Assembly (NCBI GenBank): GCA_040376255.1
Contig: JBEIQZ010000002.1
Span: 1 to 49,481 of the forward strand
Reading direction: 5' to 3'
Length of the DNA: 49,481 nucleotides
From: Alphaproteobacteria bacterium
Lineage (GTDB): Bacteria > Myxococcota_A > UBA796 > SXON01
Shown piece by piece: positions 41,417 to 49,481 of this stretch (positions within the stretch are counted from its first letter, which is position 1; each line of letters starts with the position of its first letter). Both the position numbers and the translations under genes were made by a program. The notes beneath the pieces are model-generated. The model saw only the letters and a list, made by a program, of their open reading frames with translations. It ran no database searches and was not told the DNA's origin.

Positions 41417-42844
41417 TCAGAGCGCAGTGATCACGCCGCTCGGCCAGTCGATCTCGAAGAAGGGCGCGTAGTAGTCCTCCTGATCGACGTTGCGCGTGTC
41501 AGTCCAGACCTGGAGGCCGCCGAGGTAGACGTTGACCGTCACATCGTTGCGGCCATTGAAGACCGAGCCGGGGAAGTCGTGGACGTAGAAGGTGTAGAGG
41601 CCGTTGGCCGGGGCCCGGATGTTGATGTTCTCCGGGCCGGTGCCGGAGATGTCGTCCAGATCGAGGGCCGGGTTGTCGTCGGTGTCGCCGCGCACGCCCC
41701 AGTCGAGGCCGCCGAAGGTGCAGTTGCCGTAGTAGCAGTCGGTGTTGCTGACCAGCGAGCCGCCGGGAGCGACGAGGTGCATGTCCATGTCGTCGCCGGA
41801 GTGCTGCCAGAACATCTCGATCCAGAAGTCGGCGCCGGGGACGGACTCCAGATCGGTGACGCAGGGCTCGGAGGAGATGCCCTGCGAGTTGGTGACGATG
41901 AGCTGGGCGGTGTAGGTGCCGGCGACGTCGGTGGTGAAGCCGGAGCGGTTGGCGGTGCCGTTGGGCATGCGGACGCTGGAGCCGGAGGGCTGGCTGATCA
42001 GTGTCCAGTTGTAGTTGGTGATGGTGAGGCCGTTCGGGTCGAAGGAGCCGCTGCCGAAGAAGGTGGCGGACTCCCAGATGGTCTCGACCGGCGAGGGGGC
42101 GACGGAGCAGACCGCCACGGGGACGTCGGCGGCCATGCCCATGAGCGGGACGACCGTGGCGCCGCCGGGGTCGTTGCTCTCGATGGAGACCTCGCTCTCG
42201 TACATCCCGTAGGCGGTGGGCGCGAAGCTGACCTCGATGTCCTCGGACTCGTTCTCGCCGAGCGAGATGGGGAAGCTGCCGCTGGCATTGAACGGCGCGT
42301 CGGGGCCGTTGATGCCGCTGATCTCCAGCGTGCCGGTGCCGACGTTGGTGAGCGTCAGGAACAGGGTCTCGCTGTCGTTGAGGTTGACGTTGCCGAAGTC
42401 GATGGTGGCGGGGCGGGCCTCCAGATCGGGCGCGCCCTCGCCGCCCTCCAGCACGACCTCGACGGTGCCGTTGGCGTCGTCGTTGCTCTTCACGATCGCG
42501 GTGGCGGTGTCGAAGTCCGACTCCGGCACATAGACGATCTCCACGTCCAGCTCATCGCCGGGGGCGATGGTGCCGGGCTCTCCGTTGGAGAACACGGTGA
42601 ACGCGCCGGAGCCGTTGATGGTGATCGGCTCGACGATCAGGGGGGCGTCGCCCACGCTCTTGATCGTGAAGCTCTTGACCTTGTCGCTGCCCATTACCAC
42701 CGTGCCGAACTCCAGCACGGAAGGGGTGACCTCAATGAACGAGTCGCCGATCAGCCCGTCCCCGAACTTGGAGATCCCGGCTTCCATCGAGCAACCGGTG
42801 GCGGCGAGGAGGAGCAGGAGGCTGAAGCGCGGTGCAGCAGTCAT
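41417..42844 (-). CDS. Lipoprotein with two Ig-like (choice-of-anchor D/ASH) domains, a PKD-like domain and a YfaP/DUF2135-like C-terminal domain
   Basis: MTAAPRFSLLLLLAATGC (ATG 42844); LEFGTV / IDFGNV...TLTNVGTGTL...SND repeats; GSGSFDPNG...YNW; DMDMHLVAP...LDLDDISGTGPENI. Confidence 0.82.
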   Translation of the reverse strand: MTAAPRFSLLLLLAATGCSMEAGISKFGDGLIGDSFIEVTPSVLEFGTVVMGSDKVKSFTIKSVGDAPLIVEPITINGSGAFTVFSNGEPGTIAPGDELDVEIVYVPESDFDTATAIVKSNDDANGTVEVVLEGGEGAPDLEARPATIDFGNVNLNDSETLFLTLTNVGTGTLEISGINGPDAPFNASGSFPISLGENESEDIEVSFAPTAYGMYESEVSIESNDPGGATVVPLMGMAADVPVAVCSVAPSPVETIWESATFFGSGSFDPNGLTITNYNWTLISQPSGSSVRMPNGTANRSGFTTDVAGTYTAQLIVTNSQGISSEPCVTDLESVPGADFWIEMFWQHSGDDMDMHLVAPGGSLVSNTDCYYGNCTFGGLDWGVRGDTDDNPALDLDDISGTGPENINIRAPANGLYTFYVHDFPGSVFNGRNDVTVNVYLGGLQVWTDTRNVDQEDYYAPFFEIDWPSGVITAL

Positions 42845-42964
42845 GGTGGTTCCCAGGGCAGAGATGTACAGAGCCAACGTGGAGTGTAGATCATCCACAG
42901 ACGCACAGCTATAGCTTTCTGGCGTCCAGCGCAAGATCCTTGAAACAGCGATGCTACCAGCCTG

Positions 42965-43708
42965 CTAAGGCATCGCCATACAGGAGCCATTCACCGCGCC
43001 CGGCGTCCCGTACTGATCGCCGTACATGTCGCCGGAGAGGCACCAGTACTGAACGTCGTCGTTGGACACAGCGTCGAGCATGCCCGGCGCGAGCATGTTG
43101 CTGTAGCCCTTGCTGTCGGGCCAGGCCGGGCCGTCGAGGTAATTGACGCGATCCACCTCCACTGATCCAGCCTTCAGCACGATCTCGTCGTCGTCGTTGC
43201 CGAGGATGAACAGCGCCCCGTCATAGGCATAGTCCACCGGCGTCCCGCCGTTTGTCGCGCTGTCCGCGTTGTTGCCGAGCACCACGTACGCCCCCGGCGC
43301 GATCATCGGCGCCCCGGTGAGCACCACCAGGTCGGTGCCGTCATCAGCGAGCGCCAGGCGGCCGAGATCGAGGCTGCGGCTGCCCGCGTTGTAGATCTCC
43401 AGCCACTCCCCGGCGGCGTCCTCGACGAGCAGCGAGTTCTTGAAGAACTCGGTGATCACCAGCTCTCCGGCGACGGGCGCATCGGCGTCGCTGTCCGAAT
43501 CCGAGTCCGAGTCGCTGTCCGAATCTGAGTCCGAGTCGCTGTCCGTGTCGGAGTCCGTGTCGGAGTCCGTATCAGAGTCGGAGTCCGTGTCGGAGTCCGT
43601 ATCCGTATCGGTGTCTGTCTCGCTGTCGGCGCTGGTGTCGGTGCTGGCGGCGCTGTCGTCGCCCTTGTAGGTCGGGGGGCAGGCCATGAGGAGGAGGTTG
43701 AGGATCAT
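42965..43708 (-). CDS. Lipoprotein with Ser/Thr-Asp repeat linker and lamin-tail (LTD) domain
   Basis: MILNLLLMAC; (S/T)D repeats; GELVITEF...GEWLEIYN...LGNDDDEIVL...GTPGAVN LTD motifs. Confidence 0.88.
   Translation of the reverse strand: MILNLLLMACPPTYKGDDSAASTDTSADSETDTDTDTDSDTDSDSDTDSDTDSDTDSDSDSDSDSDSDSDSDSDADAPVAGELVITEFFKNSLLVEDAAGEWLEIYNAGSRSLDLGRLALADDGTDLVVLTGAPMIAPGAYVVLGNNADSATNGGTPVDYAYDGALFILGNDDDEIVLKAGSVEVDRVNYLDGPAWPDSKGYSNMLAPGMLDAVSNDDVQYWCLSGDMYGDQYGTPGAVNGSCMAMP
43487..43628 (-). repeat. 6-bp unit (S/T)D dipeptide repeat tract
   Basis: gtcgga/gtccgt/gtcgct units giving DTDTDSDSD... Confidence 0.9.
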
Positions 43709-43762
43709 TGGATCTCCAGGCTGGGCGCGCGCTATCCGATCCGCCGCCTGACCGCCACCCGC

Positions 43763-44446
43763 TCAGACCGCCGGGTGGCGGCTCAGCGCCTCGACGCGGG
43801 GCGAGGCGGCCAGATCCAGCACATATGTCACCATCTTCTTGCCGTAGAAGGTGAAGTCCTGCACCCTGGAGAAGCCCCAGCTCTGCAATTGCCGGTTGGC
43901 GGCTTCGTTGTCGACCTCGGTGCTGATCTTTACCTTGTCGCAGCCCCGCGCGAGCAATTCATCGAACAGCACCTTGTTGATGTGGCCGGAGACCCGTTTG
44001 CCGCGCAGGTGCGGCGCGAAGGAGCAGAACAGGCTCTCGGCGGGGACATCGGCGGCGCCGGATCGGTCGCCGTAGCGCGCCGTCTCCAGCAACGGACGGA
44101 GCAATTGCGGGCGGCGCAGCAGCCCGAGCAGCAGGGAGGGCGCCACCAGCAGGGCGCAGCGCCGCTTCACGTCGTCGAACAGCGCGCGGGTGTCGGTGGT
44201 CCCGGCGATGAAGCCGCGCACCTCGTTGTCCTCGACGTAGACGAACCCGATGAAGAACGGGCAGTTGACCATCCCGAAGTACAGATCGGTGAGGAAGCGG
44301 AGGCCGAGCCGCGCCCACAGGCTGTTGCCCATCGCCGCGTGGTGCAGCGCGGCGACGGCGGGCGCGTCGCGGAACTGGAGCGGGCGGATGTTCCGCATGA
44401 CATCGGGATCGACCGGGAACGGTTTGACGCTCGCGTTGACGCTCAC
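43763..44446 (-). CDS. GNAT-family acyltransferase
   Basis: NIRPLQFRDAPAVAALH, VRGFIAG, FAPHLRGKRVS (motif A), DNEAANRQLQSWGF; GTGA overlap with the dpgB stop. Confidence 0.85.
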   Translation of the reverse strand: MSVNASVKPFPVDPDVMRNIRPLQFRDAPAVAALHHAAMGNSLWARLGLRFLTDLYFGMVNCPFFIGFVYVEDNEVRGFIAGTTDTRALFDDVKRRCALLVAPSLLLGLLRRPQLLRPLLETARYGDRSGAADVPAESLFCSFAPHLRGKRVSGHINKVLFDELLARGCDKVKISTEVDNEAANRQLQSWGFSRVQDFTFYGKKMVTYVLDLAASPRVEALSRHPAV

Positions 44447-45183
44447 GGGGCCTGCCGCTTCTTCTTCAGCGTGTCCAGGAACGCCGACTGGCTGATCGCC
44501 CGGTGCTGCGCGGCGAGGAAGTTGCCGATGGCCTCCTCGAAGGGCGCCGAGGCCGACTCCAGCAGGAGCCGCCGCGCCAATTGCACCGCGACCGGGTGGA
44601 CAGGCTGGAGGCGGGGCAGCCAGCGATCGAGCGCCGCCGCGTCCGGCTCGACGCTGTCAATGAGCCCGATCTGCGCCGCCTCCTCCGCAGTGACGACCTC
44701 GCCGGTCAGGATCATGCGCCGCGCCCGCCCCATCCCGACGAAGCGGGCCAGCCGCCACGTCGACATGCCAGGCAGGAAGCCCATGCGGACCTCCGGCAGC
44801 GACAGCGTGACCCCCGGCAGCGCCAGCCGCAGATCGCAGGCCAGCATGAGCTGCACCGCTCCGCCGCTCAACGGGCCGTCGGCCAGGAAGATCGTCAGCA
44901 TCGGGAGCGTCTCGAAGCGGTGGACGAGCTTCTCCCACTTGTTGAAGCCGTGGATGTCCAGCCCCTCCTTCGGGTCGAAGTCAGCGAAGTCGATCCCCTC
45001 GCTCTGTCCCTGGATCAGCAGGAGCTTCGTGCCGGACGCCGCGAGCTGATCTTCAAGCTGGTCGCAGACGCGCTCCATCTCGCGGATCTGGCGCACGTTG
45101 ATGCGGGCGCGCAGCAGCCGGAGGGTCGCGACCTCGCCCTGCGCTGTGAACGAGACGGTCTCAAAATCCGGTGTCCCCGCCAT
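44443..45183 (-). CDS. dpgB: Enoyl-CoA hydratase/isomerase, DpgB-like
   Basis: Crotonase motifs GGAVQLMLACDLR and PEVRMGFLPG; KWEKLVHRFETLP and FEEAIGNFLAA resemble DpgB; adjacent to dpgA. Confidence 0.72.
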   Translation of the reverse strand: MAGTPDFETVSFTAQGEVATLRLLRARINVRQIREMERVCDQLEDQLAASGTKLLLIQGQSEGIDFADFDPKEGLDIHGFNKWEKLVHRFETLPMLTIFLADGPLSGGAVQLMLACDLRLALPGVTLSLPEVRMGFLPGMSTWRLARFVGMGRARRMILTGEVVTAEEAAQIGLIDSVEPDAAALDRWLPRLQPVHPVAVQLARRLLLESASAPFEEAIGNFLAAQHRAISQSAFLDTLKKKRQAP

Positions 45184-45223
45184 CCCTGCTCCCGGCCTGC
45201 AGCCTGTCCCTACCAGCTAACCG

Positions 45224-46291
45224 CTACCAGCGGATCAGGGCAGTCTCAATCTGTGAGCCCGGCCCCATCGTCATCATCACCCCGTAGTCTCCCCGGCGCA
45301 CCCGGCCCTCCTCCAGCAGCCGCCGGTAGCTGAACAGGAAGCTCCCGCTGGAGAGGTTGCCGTAGTCGCGCAGCACGGAGTGGGTGTGGCGGACATCCCA
45401 GTCGGTGATGCCGATGTTGTACTTGATCGCGTCCACGACCTTTTTTCCGCCGGAGTGGACGACCCAGTGGCTGATGTGCCGCCGCTGCAGCGCGAACCGC
45501 GCCAGCAGCCGCTTCAGCGGCAATTCGGCATGCGCCCCGACGACATAAGGGATGTCCCGATCCAGAAAAAAGCTGTACTTTCCAGCCTTGTCGTCCCAGT
45601 CGAACCGCATCGCATCGAGCGCCTCTGGAATAATCTGGCTCTCGAAGCCCAGCACCTCCGGCGCGAACAGCCGGTCGTCCCGCTCCGACACCCGCACCAC
45701 CGCCGCCGCCGCCCCGTCCCCGAACAGGCTGTTCACGATGGCCGTCCGCATCGTCCCGTCGAACACATAGGCCGCTGAGCAGACCTCCACGCATGCCAGC
45801 AGCGCCGTCTTCCCCGGGTTCGCCAGCGCCCAGGACGACACCACGTTCAGCCCGTTCAGCCCCGCGTTGCAGCCCATCCCCACGATGTCGGCGCGCGCGC
45901 AGTCGGTGCGGAGCCCGAATTCCCGGATGAACAGCGCGGTCAGCCCCGGCGTCAGCCAGCCGGTCGAGGTCAGGCAGCAGAGGTAGTCGACGTCCTGCGG
46001 CCCGATCCCCGCCGCCGCCAGCGCCGCCCGGATCGCCTGCCCGCCGATCTCCAGCGCCCCCCGCCGGTGCTTCGCCAGCAATTGCCCCTGCGTCTCGTCG
46101 GGCCGCCCGTCGGGGCCGGGATCGGGCAGGTAGAGGTGGCGGGTGCGGATGTGGGAGCTGGTAAAGAGGCTGCGGAGCTTCGGATCGGCGACGCTGTAGC
46201 GCTCCAGCAGATCCTCCTGCCGGTAACGCTGCGGCGGGTTCGCGGTTCCCAGAGCGATCAGGCGGGGACGGCTGGCGGCGGTCTGCATCAT
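45224..46291 (-). CDS. dpgA: Type III PKS, 3,5-dihydroxyphenylacetyl-CoA synthase
   Basis: LCCLTSTGWLTPG, DIVGMGCNAGLN (Cys), CSAAYVFDGTMRTAIVNSLFGDG, IPYVVGAHAE, HWVVHSGGKKV (His), LRDYGNLSSGSFLFSY (Asn), MTMGPGS...ALIRW: DpgA-specific signatures. Start 46291 or 46288. Confidence 0.9.
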   Translation of the reverse strand: MMQTAASRPRLIALGTANPPQRYRQEDLLERYSVADPKLRSLFTSSHIRTRHLYLPDPGPDGRPDETQGQLLAKHRRGALEIGGQAIRAALAAAGIGPQDVDYLCCLTSTGWLTPGLTALFIREFGLRTDCARADIVGMGCNAGLNGLNVVSSWALANPGKTALLACVEVCSAAYVFDGTMRTAIVNSLFGDGAAAAVVRVSERDDRLFAPEVLGFESQIIPEALDAMRFDWDDKAGKYSFFLDRDIPYVVGAHAELPLKRLLARFALQRRHISHWVVHSGGKKVVDAIKYNIGITDWDVRHTHSVLRDYGNLSSGSFLFSYRRLLEEGRVRRGDYGVMMTMGPGSQIETALIRW

Positions 46292-46373
46292 CGGATCATA
46301 TCGTATCGGTAGCGCAGGCGGAGAGAAGCAGATACCCATAGGGTGCGGGTACAGCCCCACCGCAGGAAGATAC

Positions 46374-46880
46374 ATGGCGCTCACGCCGCTCGACGTACTC
46401 CAGAGACAATTCCAGGCCGCCCGGCGCGCAGGTTACGATCCTGAAGACGTACAGGACTTCCTCGATCAGATCCGGGAAGCCTGGGAGGCCGACCGCGAGG
46501 AGGCCCACCGGCTCCGCGAGGACGCCCGCCTGAAGGACGCGGAGATCTCGCTGCTGCGCCAGGAGCAGGAGGAGATCCGGGAGACGCTGGTGATGGCCCG
46601 CCGGATCTCGGTCGACACCGAGGCGCAGGCCCGCCGGGAGGCCGATCTCGTCGTCGGAGAGGCCCGGCTGGAGTCTGAGCGCATCCTCGCCGTCGCCCAC
46701 GAGGAGCAGCGTCGTATCCAGGAGGATCTTGTGCGGATGAAGTCCATGCGGATCCAGTCCATCGCCCATCTCCGCGCGCAGGTGGAGATGGGCGCCGGGC
46801 TGCTGCGCGAGATCGAGCGCATGGATCAGGGCGCCCCTCAGGCTCCCCGCGCCCCGGCAGGCGGCGCGCCGCGCGGATGA
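46374..46880 (+). CDS. divIVA: DivIVA domain protein
   Basis: MALTPLDVLQRQF...GYDPEDVQDFLDQI followed by coiled coil. Confidence 0.9.
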   Translation: MALTPLDVLQRQFQAARRAGYDPEDVQDFLDQIREAWEADREEAHRLREDARLKDAEISLLRQEQEEIRETLVMARRISVDTEAQARREADLVVGEARLESERILAVAHEEQRRIQEDLVRMKSMRIQSIAHLRAQVEMGAGLLREIERMDQGAPQAPRAPAGGAPRG

Positions 46881-47152
46881 CCACGCTCTCTGTGCGCGTC
46901 CAGCCCGGCGCCCGGCAGAACTGCCTGATCGCCACGCCGGAGGGCTGGAAGATCCAGGTCGCCGCTCCGCCGGTCGATGGCGCCGCCAATGAGGCGCTCT
47001 GCGCCTTCCTCGCCCGCGAGGTGCTGCACCTCCCGACCCGCGCCGTCACCGTCCGATCGGGCGCCGGCGGCCGCCGCAAGCTCCTCAGCATCGACGCGAC
47101 CGCCGGGGAGGTCGAGGCCGCCCTCCAGTCCTGGGCCGCCGCCCACCCCTGA
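46877..47152 (+). CDS. DUF167 (YggU/UPF0235) protein
   Basis: LSVRVQPGARQ...KIQVAAPPVDGAANEALCAFLA...GAGGRRK. Confidence 0.92.
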   Translation: MTTLSVRVQPGARQNCLIATPEGWKIQVAAPPVDGAANEALCAFLAREVLHLPTRAVTVRSGAGGRRKLLSIDATAGEVEAALQSWAAAHP

Positions 47153-47160
47153 TCGCCCCG

Positions 47161-48036
47161 ATGCCGCCCCTCATGCCACCTGCAGCGATCACCCCGCCCC
47201 GCCCCGACATCCACGCCGCGTTCCCCTGCGACTTCCACTTCCACAGCGACCGCTCTGACGGGCGCTGCGCCCCCGCCGATCTGCTGGCCGCCGCCGCCGC
47301 CGCCCGCCTCCACGCGATCGCGCTCACCGATCACGACCTGCCCCCGGCACTCCCCGCCGGAGACCACGTCGTCCCGATCTCCGGCACGCTCCCCGCTGCC
47401 CGGATCGTCCGGGTCATCCACGGCGCCGAGGTCTCGGTGGCGCACGAAGACCGGGAATTGCACATCCTCGTCTGGTTCTCCGGCGAGATGCCCGCCGAAT
47501 GGCAGGACTTCCTCCGGGAGCGCGCCCGGTGGCGGGCGTGGCGCTACGACACCGCCCTCGCCGCCCTCGGCCTCCCCGACCGCGCCGACGCCGACGCCTG
47601 CGCGGGCCGCCGCAGCCTGACGCGCCACCACCTCGCGCACCTGCTGGTCCAGAGAAAGCTCAGCCGCACGCTCCCCGAGTCCTACCTGATCCTGCGCCCG
47701 GTGGTGCCGAAGCTCGACCTGAGATCCGCCGATCTGATCCGCCGCGCCCGCGAGGCTGGCGCCATCACCGCCTGGGCCCACCCGCCGCCCGCCGACGCCC
47801 AGCGCTTCCTCCCCGCCCTCGCCGCCGCCGGGCTGCAGGGGCTGGAGATCGACCGCCCCCTGCTCGCCCCGACGGTCCGCAGCACCCTTCGCGCGCTCGC
47901 CAGCCGCTACCGGCTGATCTCTACCGGCGGCTCCGACTGGCACGGCTGGCGCGAGGGGGCGTTCGGCGCCTTCACCCCCGCCCGCGAATACACCGCGCCC
48001 CTGATGGAGCGCCTCCAGCCGGGCGCCCCCGCATGA
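47161..48036 (+). CDS. PHP-domain phosphoesterase (YciV/TrpH-like)
   Basis: DFHFHSDRSDG, ALTDHD, GAEVS, AHP, TGGSDWHG metal-binding motifs. Confidence 0.9.
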   Translation: MPPLMPPAAITPPRPDIHAAFPCDFHFHSDRSDGRCAPADLLAAAAAARLHAIALTDHDLPPALPAGDHVVPISGTLPAARIVRVIHGAEVSVAHEDRELHILVWFSGEMPAEWQDFLRERARWRAWRYDTALAALGLPDRADADACAGRRSLTRHHLAHLLVQRKLSRTLPESYLILRPVVPKLDLRSADLIRRAREAGAITAWAHPPPADAQRFLPALAAAGLQGLEIDRPLLAPTVRSTLRALASRYRLISTGGSDWHGWREGAFGAFTPAREYTAPLMERLQPGAPA

Positions 48037-48779
48037 CGCCCGCCCCGCCCCCGCTGGTCATCGGCGGCGGCCTGCTCGGCTCCGCCATCGCGCGGCAGCT
48101 CCACGCCGCCCGCACCACCCCGCTCGTCTGCTCCCGCACCCCGCGCGCCCACCCCGGCCTGTGGTGCTCGATCCGCGACCTGAGCCTCCAGCGCCAGCAG
48201 CAGGTCTGGATCGCCGTCGGCCCCGGCCCGCAGGAGTCCGGCGGGGCGGTCTGGGGCCGCTTCCTGCCCGATCTGCTCTCCCGCCTGCTCGACGCTCAGG
48301 CCGATGTCCTGTGCTGCGGGCCGCTCCCCGCCGCCCTCCCCTGCGACGATCTCGCCGCCTTCGATGAGGCCACCCGGAAGTTCCCTGTCCCCGTCCTGCG
48401 CCTCCCCCTGCTGTTCGGCAACGATTCGCCCGCCCGCGCCGCACTCACCGCCCTCCGCGCCGGGGAGACCGTCTGGATCGACCGCGATCTGCCGCCGTTC
48501 CGCCCGCTCTGGGTCGAGGACGCCGCCCGCGCCGCCCTCCTCCGCCACACCGGCGAGCTCCAGGGGCCGGACACCTTCGCCGCCGATGACCTCCTCGACC
48601 TCCTCGCCGCCGGGACGCCGGGGCGCTGGCGCCGCCGCCTCTGGCCCCTCCCCTCCCCCGCCGCCCGCCGCGCCCGCGCCCAGCGCGCCGTAGAGGCCCC
48701 GTGGCCCGACGCCCTGCCCGCGCCGCTCCCGTTCAAGAACTGGCTCGGACGGTTGCCAGAGAAGCCCTCAGGGAGATAG
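48033..48779 (+). CDS. Divergent NAD(P)-binding Rossmann-fold (SDR/epimerase-like) protein
   Basis: ATG 48033 overlaps the PHP stop; LVIGGGLLGSAIA, VLRLPLLFG, PLWVEDAARA. Confidence 0.7.
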   Translation: MTPAPPPLVIGGGLLGSAIARQLHAARTTPLVCSRTPRAHPGLWCSIRDLSLQRQQQVWIAVGPGPQESGGAVWGRFLPDLLSRLLDAQADVLCCGPLPAALPCDDLAAFDEATRKFPVPVLRLPLLFGNDSPARAALTALRAGETVWIDRDLPPFRPLWVEDAARAALLRHTGELQGPDTFAADDLLDLLAAGTPGRWRRRLWPLPSPAARRARAQRAVEAPWPDALPAPLPFKNWLGRLPEKPSGR

Positions 48780-48831
48780 TCTCCCGCTCCCCGCTCTTCC
48801 TCTCTCACCCCCTTCCTCACAGGAGTCCACC

Positions 48832-49155
48832 ATGGCCGATAAGACCGCAGAGTTCTTCAGCACCTACCTCCCCAACAAGATCGCCGCCAAGCCCGACCTG
48901 CAGGCGAGCGTCAAGAACGCCATCGTCTTCGACATCACCGGCGCCGGCGCCTGGACCCTCGACCTCCGCGCCGCCCCCGGCTCCGTCGTCGAAGGCGCGG
49001 ACGCCGCCCCCGGCTGCACCATCACCGTCGCCAAGGCCGACTGGGAGAACATCCTCGACAACCCGGGCAAGGCCATGTCCCTCTTCATGATGGGCAAGAT
49101 CAAGGTCAAGGGCTCCACCGGGCTCGCCATGCAGCTCCAGAAGATCCTGGCGTGA
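48832..49155 (+). CDS. SCP2 sterol/lipid-binding domain protein
   Basis: IVFDITGAGAWTLDL...CTITVAKADW...MSLFMMGKIKVKGSTGLAMQL; AGGAG RBS. Confidence 0.92.
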   Translation: MADKTAEFFSTYLPNKIAAKPDLQASVKNAIVFDITGAGAWTLDLRAAPGSVVEGADAAPGCTITVAKADWENILDNPGKAMSLFMMGKIKVKGSTGLAMQLQKILA

Positions 49156-49158
49156 TTT

Positions 49159-49460
49159 TGCGGGGGGAGGTTCTCCCCCCGCACCGGCACGGGGCAGGCC
49201 CGTGCCTCCCCCCCGCGCTAAGGCGCGACGGCTGGCCCTTGCGGGGGTGAATGTAGAGGACGGTAATATCTGTAGCGACGGGGGCTCTTTCGGTTTTACG
49301 TCCTCTGCGTACACAGCCCGCTTGCGGCGGGCCAGCCGGGGCGGGTCAGGGAACAGTCCCGACGAGTGGATATACAATAAAAGTCCACTTCTCTCTGGGA
49401 CTGTACAGCCTGACCATGTCCGGGTCACAATAGAACCCGTCCCCTCAGGCGAAGCCCCCT
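49159..49460 (+). other. Highly structured non-coding element (candidate ncRNA or MITE/REP-like element end)
   Basis: Consecutive stems: 49159-49183, 49186-49206, 49214-49227, long rod 49229-49338, long rod 49344-49415, 49421-49439. Confidence 0.5.
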
Positions 49461-49461
49461 G

Positions 49462-49481
49462 CTTTCGCCTTTCGCCTTTCG
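49462..49481. repeat. 7-bp tandem repeat (CTTTCGC)n truncated by the window end
   Basis: ctttcgc ctttcgc ctttcg. Confidence 0.7.

Noticed and set aside
39917-49155. One large biosynthetic cluster uniting the B12 radical SAM, dpgAB-GNAT, SDR-like and SCP2 genes
   Set aside because: The genes lie in three differently oriented transcription units interleaved with housekeeping and surface-protein genes; nothing in the sequence links them beyond proximity.
49229-49415. Assignment of the structured region as 6S RNA, tRNA, SRP RNA or a group II intron end
   Set aside because: It forms two separate rods rather than one with a central bubble; I could not identify a cloverleaf, T-loop or domain V motif, and the usual 6S gene context is missing.
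48817-49428. 203-aa minus-strand ORF
   Set aside because: It is antisense to the SCP2 gene and runs through the hairpin region, with no recognisable motif.

Overview
A very GC-rich (roughly 70% by eye) bacterial chromosomal window whose gene content (Ser/Thr kinases with Pro-rich linkers, MopE-repeat and lamin-tail lipoproteins, DivIVA-YggU, stand-alone rpsD) suggests a Myxococcota/deltaproteobacterial genome (inference). About 40 CDSs are supported, including gyrA, htpG, rpsD, a GldAFG-type ABC system, a TRAP transporter, two radical SAM enzymes, an M16 protease and a two-component system whose kinase is split by a single frameshift. I recognised no tRNA, rRNA, CRISPR array or transposase. 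The most unusual items are: (1) a reading frame missing from the ORF track (<1..1448, minus strand) that fuses a complete TetR regulator to an isocyanide-synthase (PvcA/IsnA/Dit1-like) domain with altered conserved motifs; (2) an operon pairing a catalytically dead pseudokinase carrying two YukD/EsaB-like ubiquitin-fold domains with a degenerate-FHA / TM / lytic-transglycosylase protein; (3) a minimal dpgA-dpgB-GNAT cluster with no dpgC/dpgD/NRPS nearby; (4) a highly structured ~300-nt non-coding element at the right end. All assignments come from reading motifs by eye; no database searches were run.
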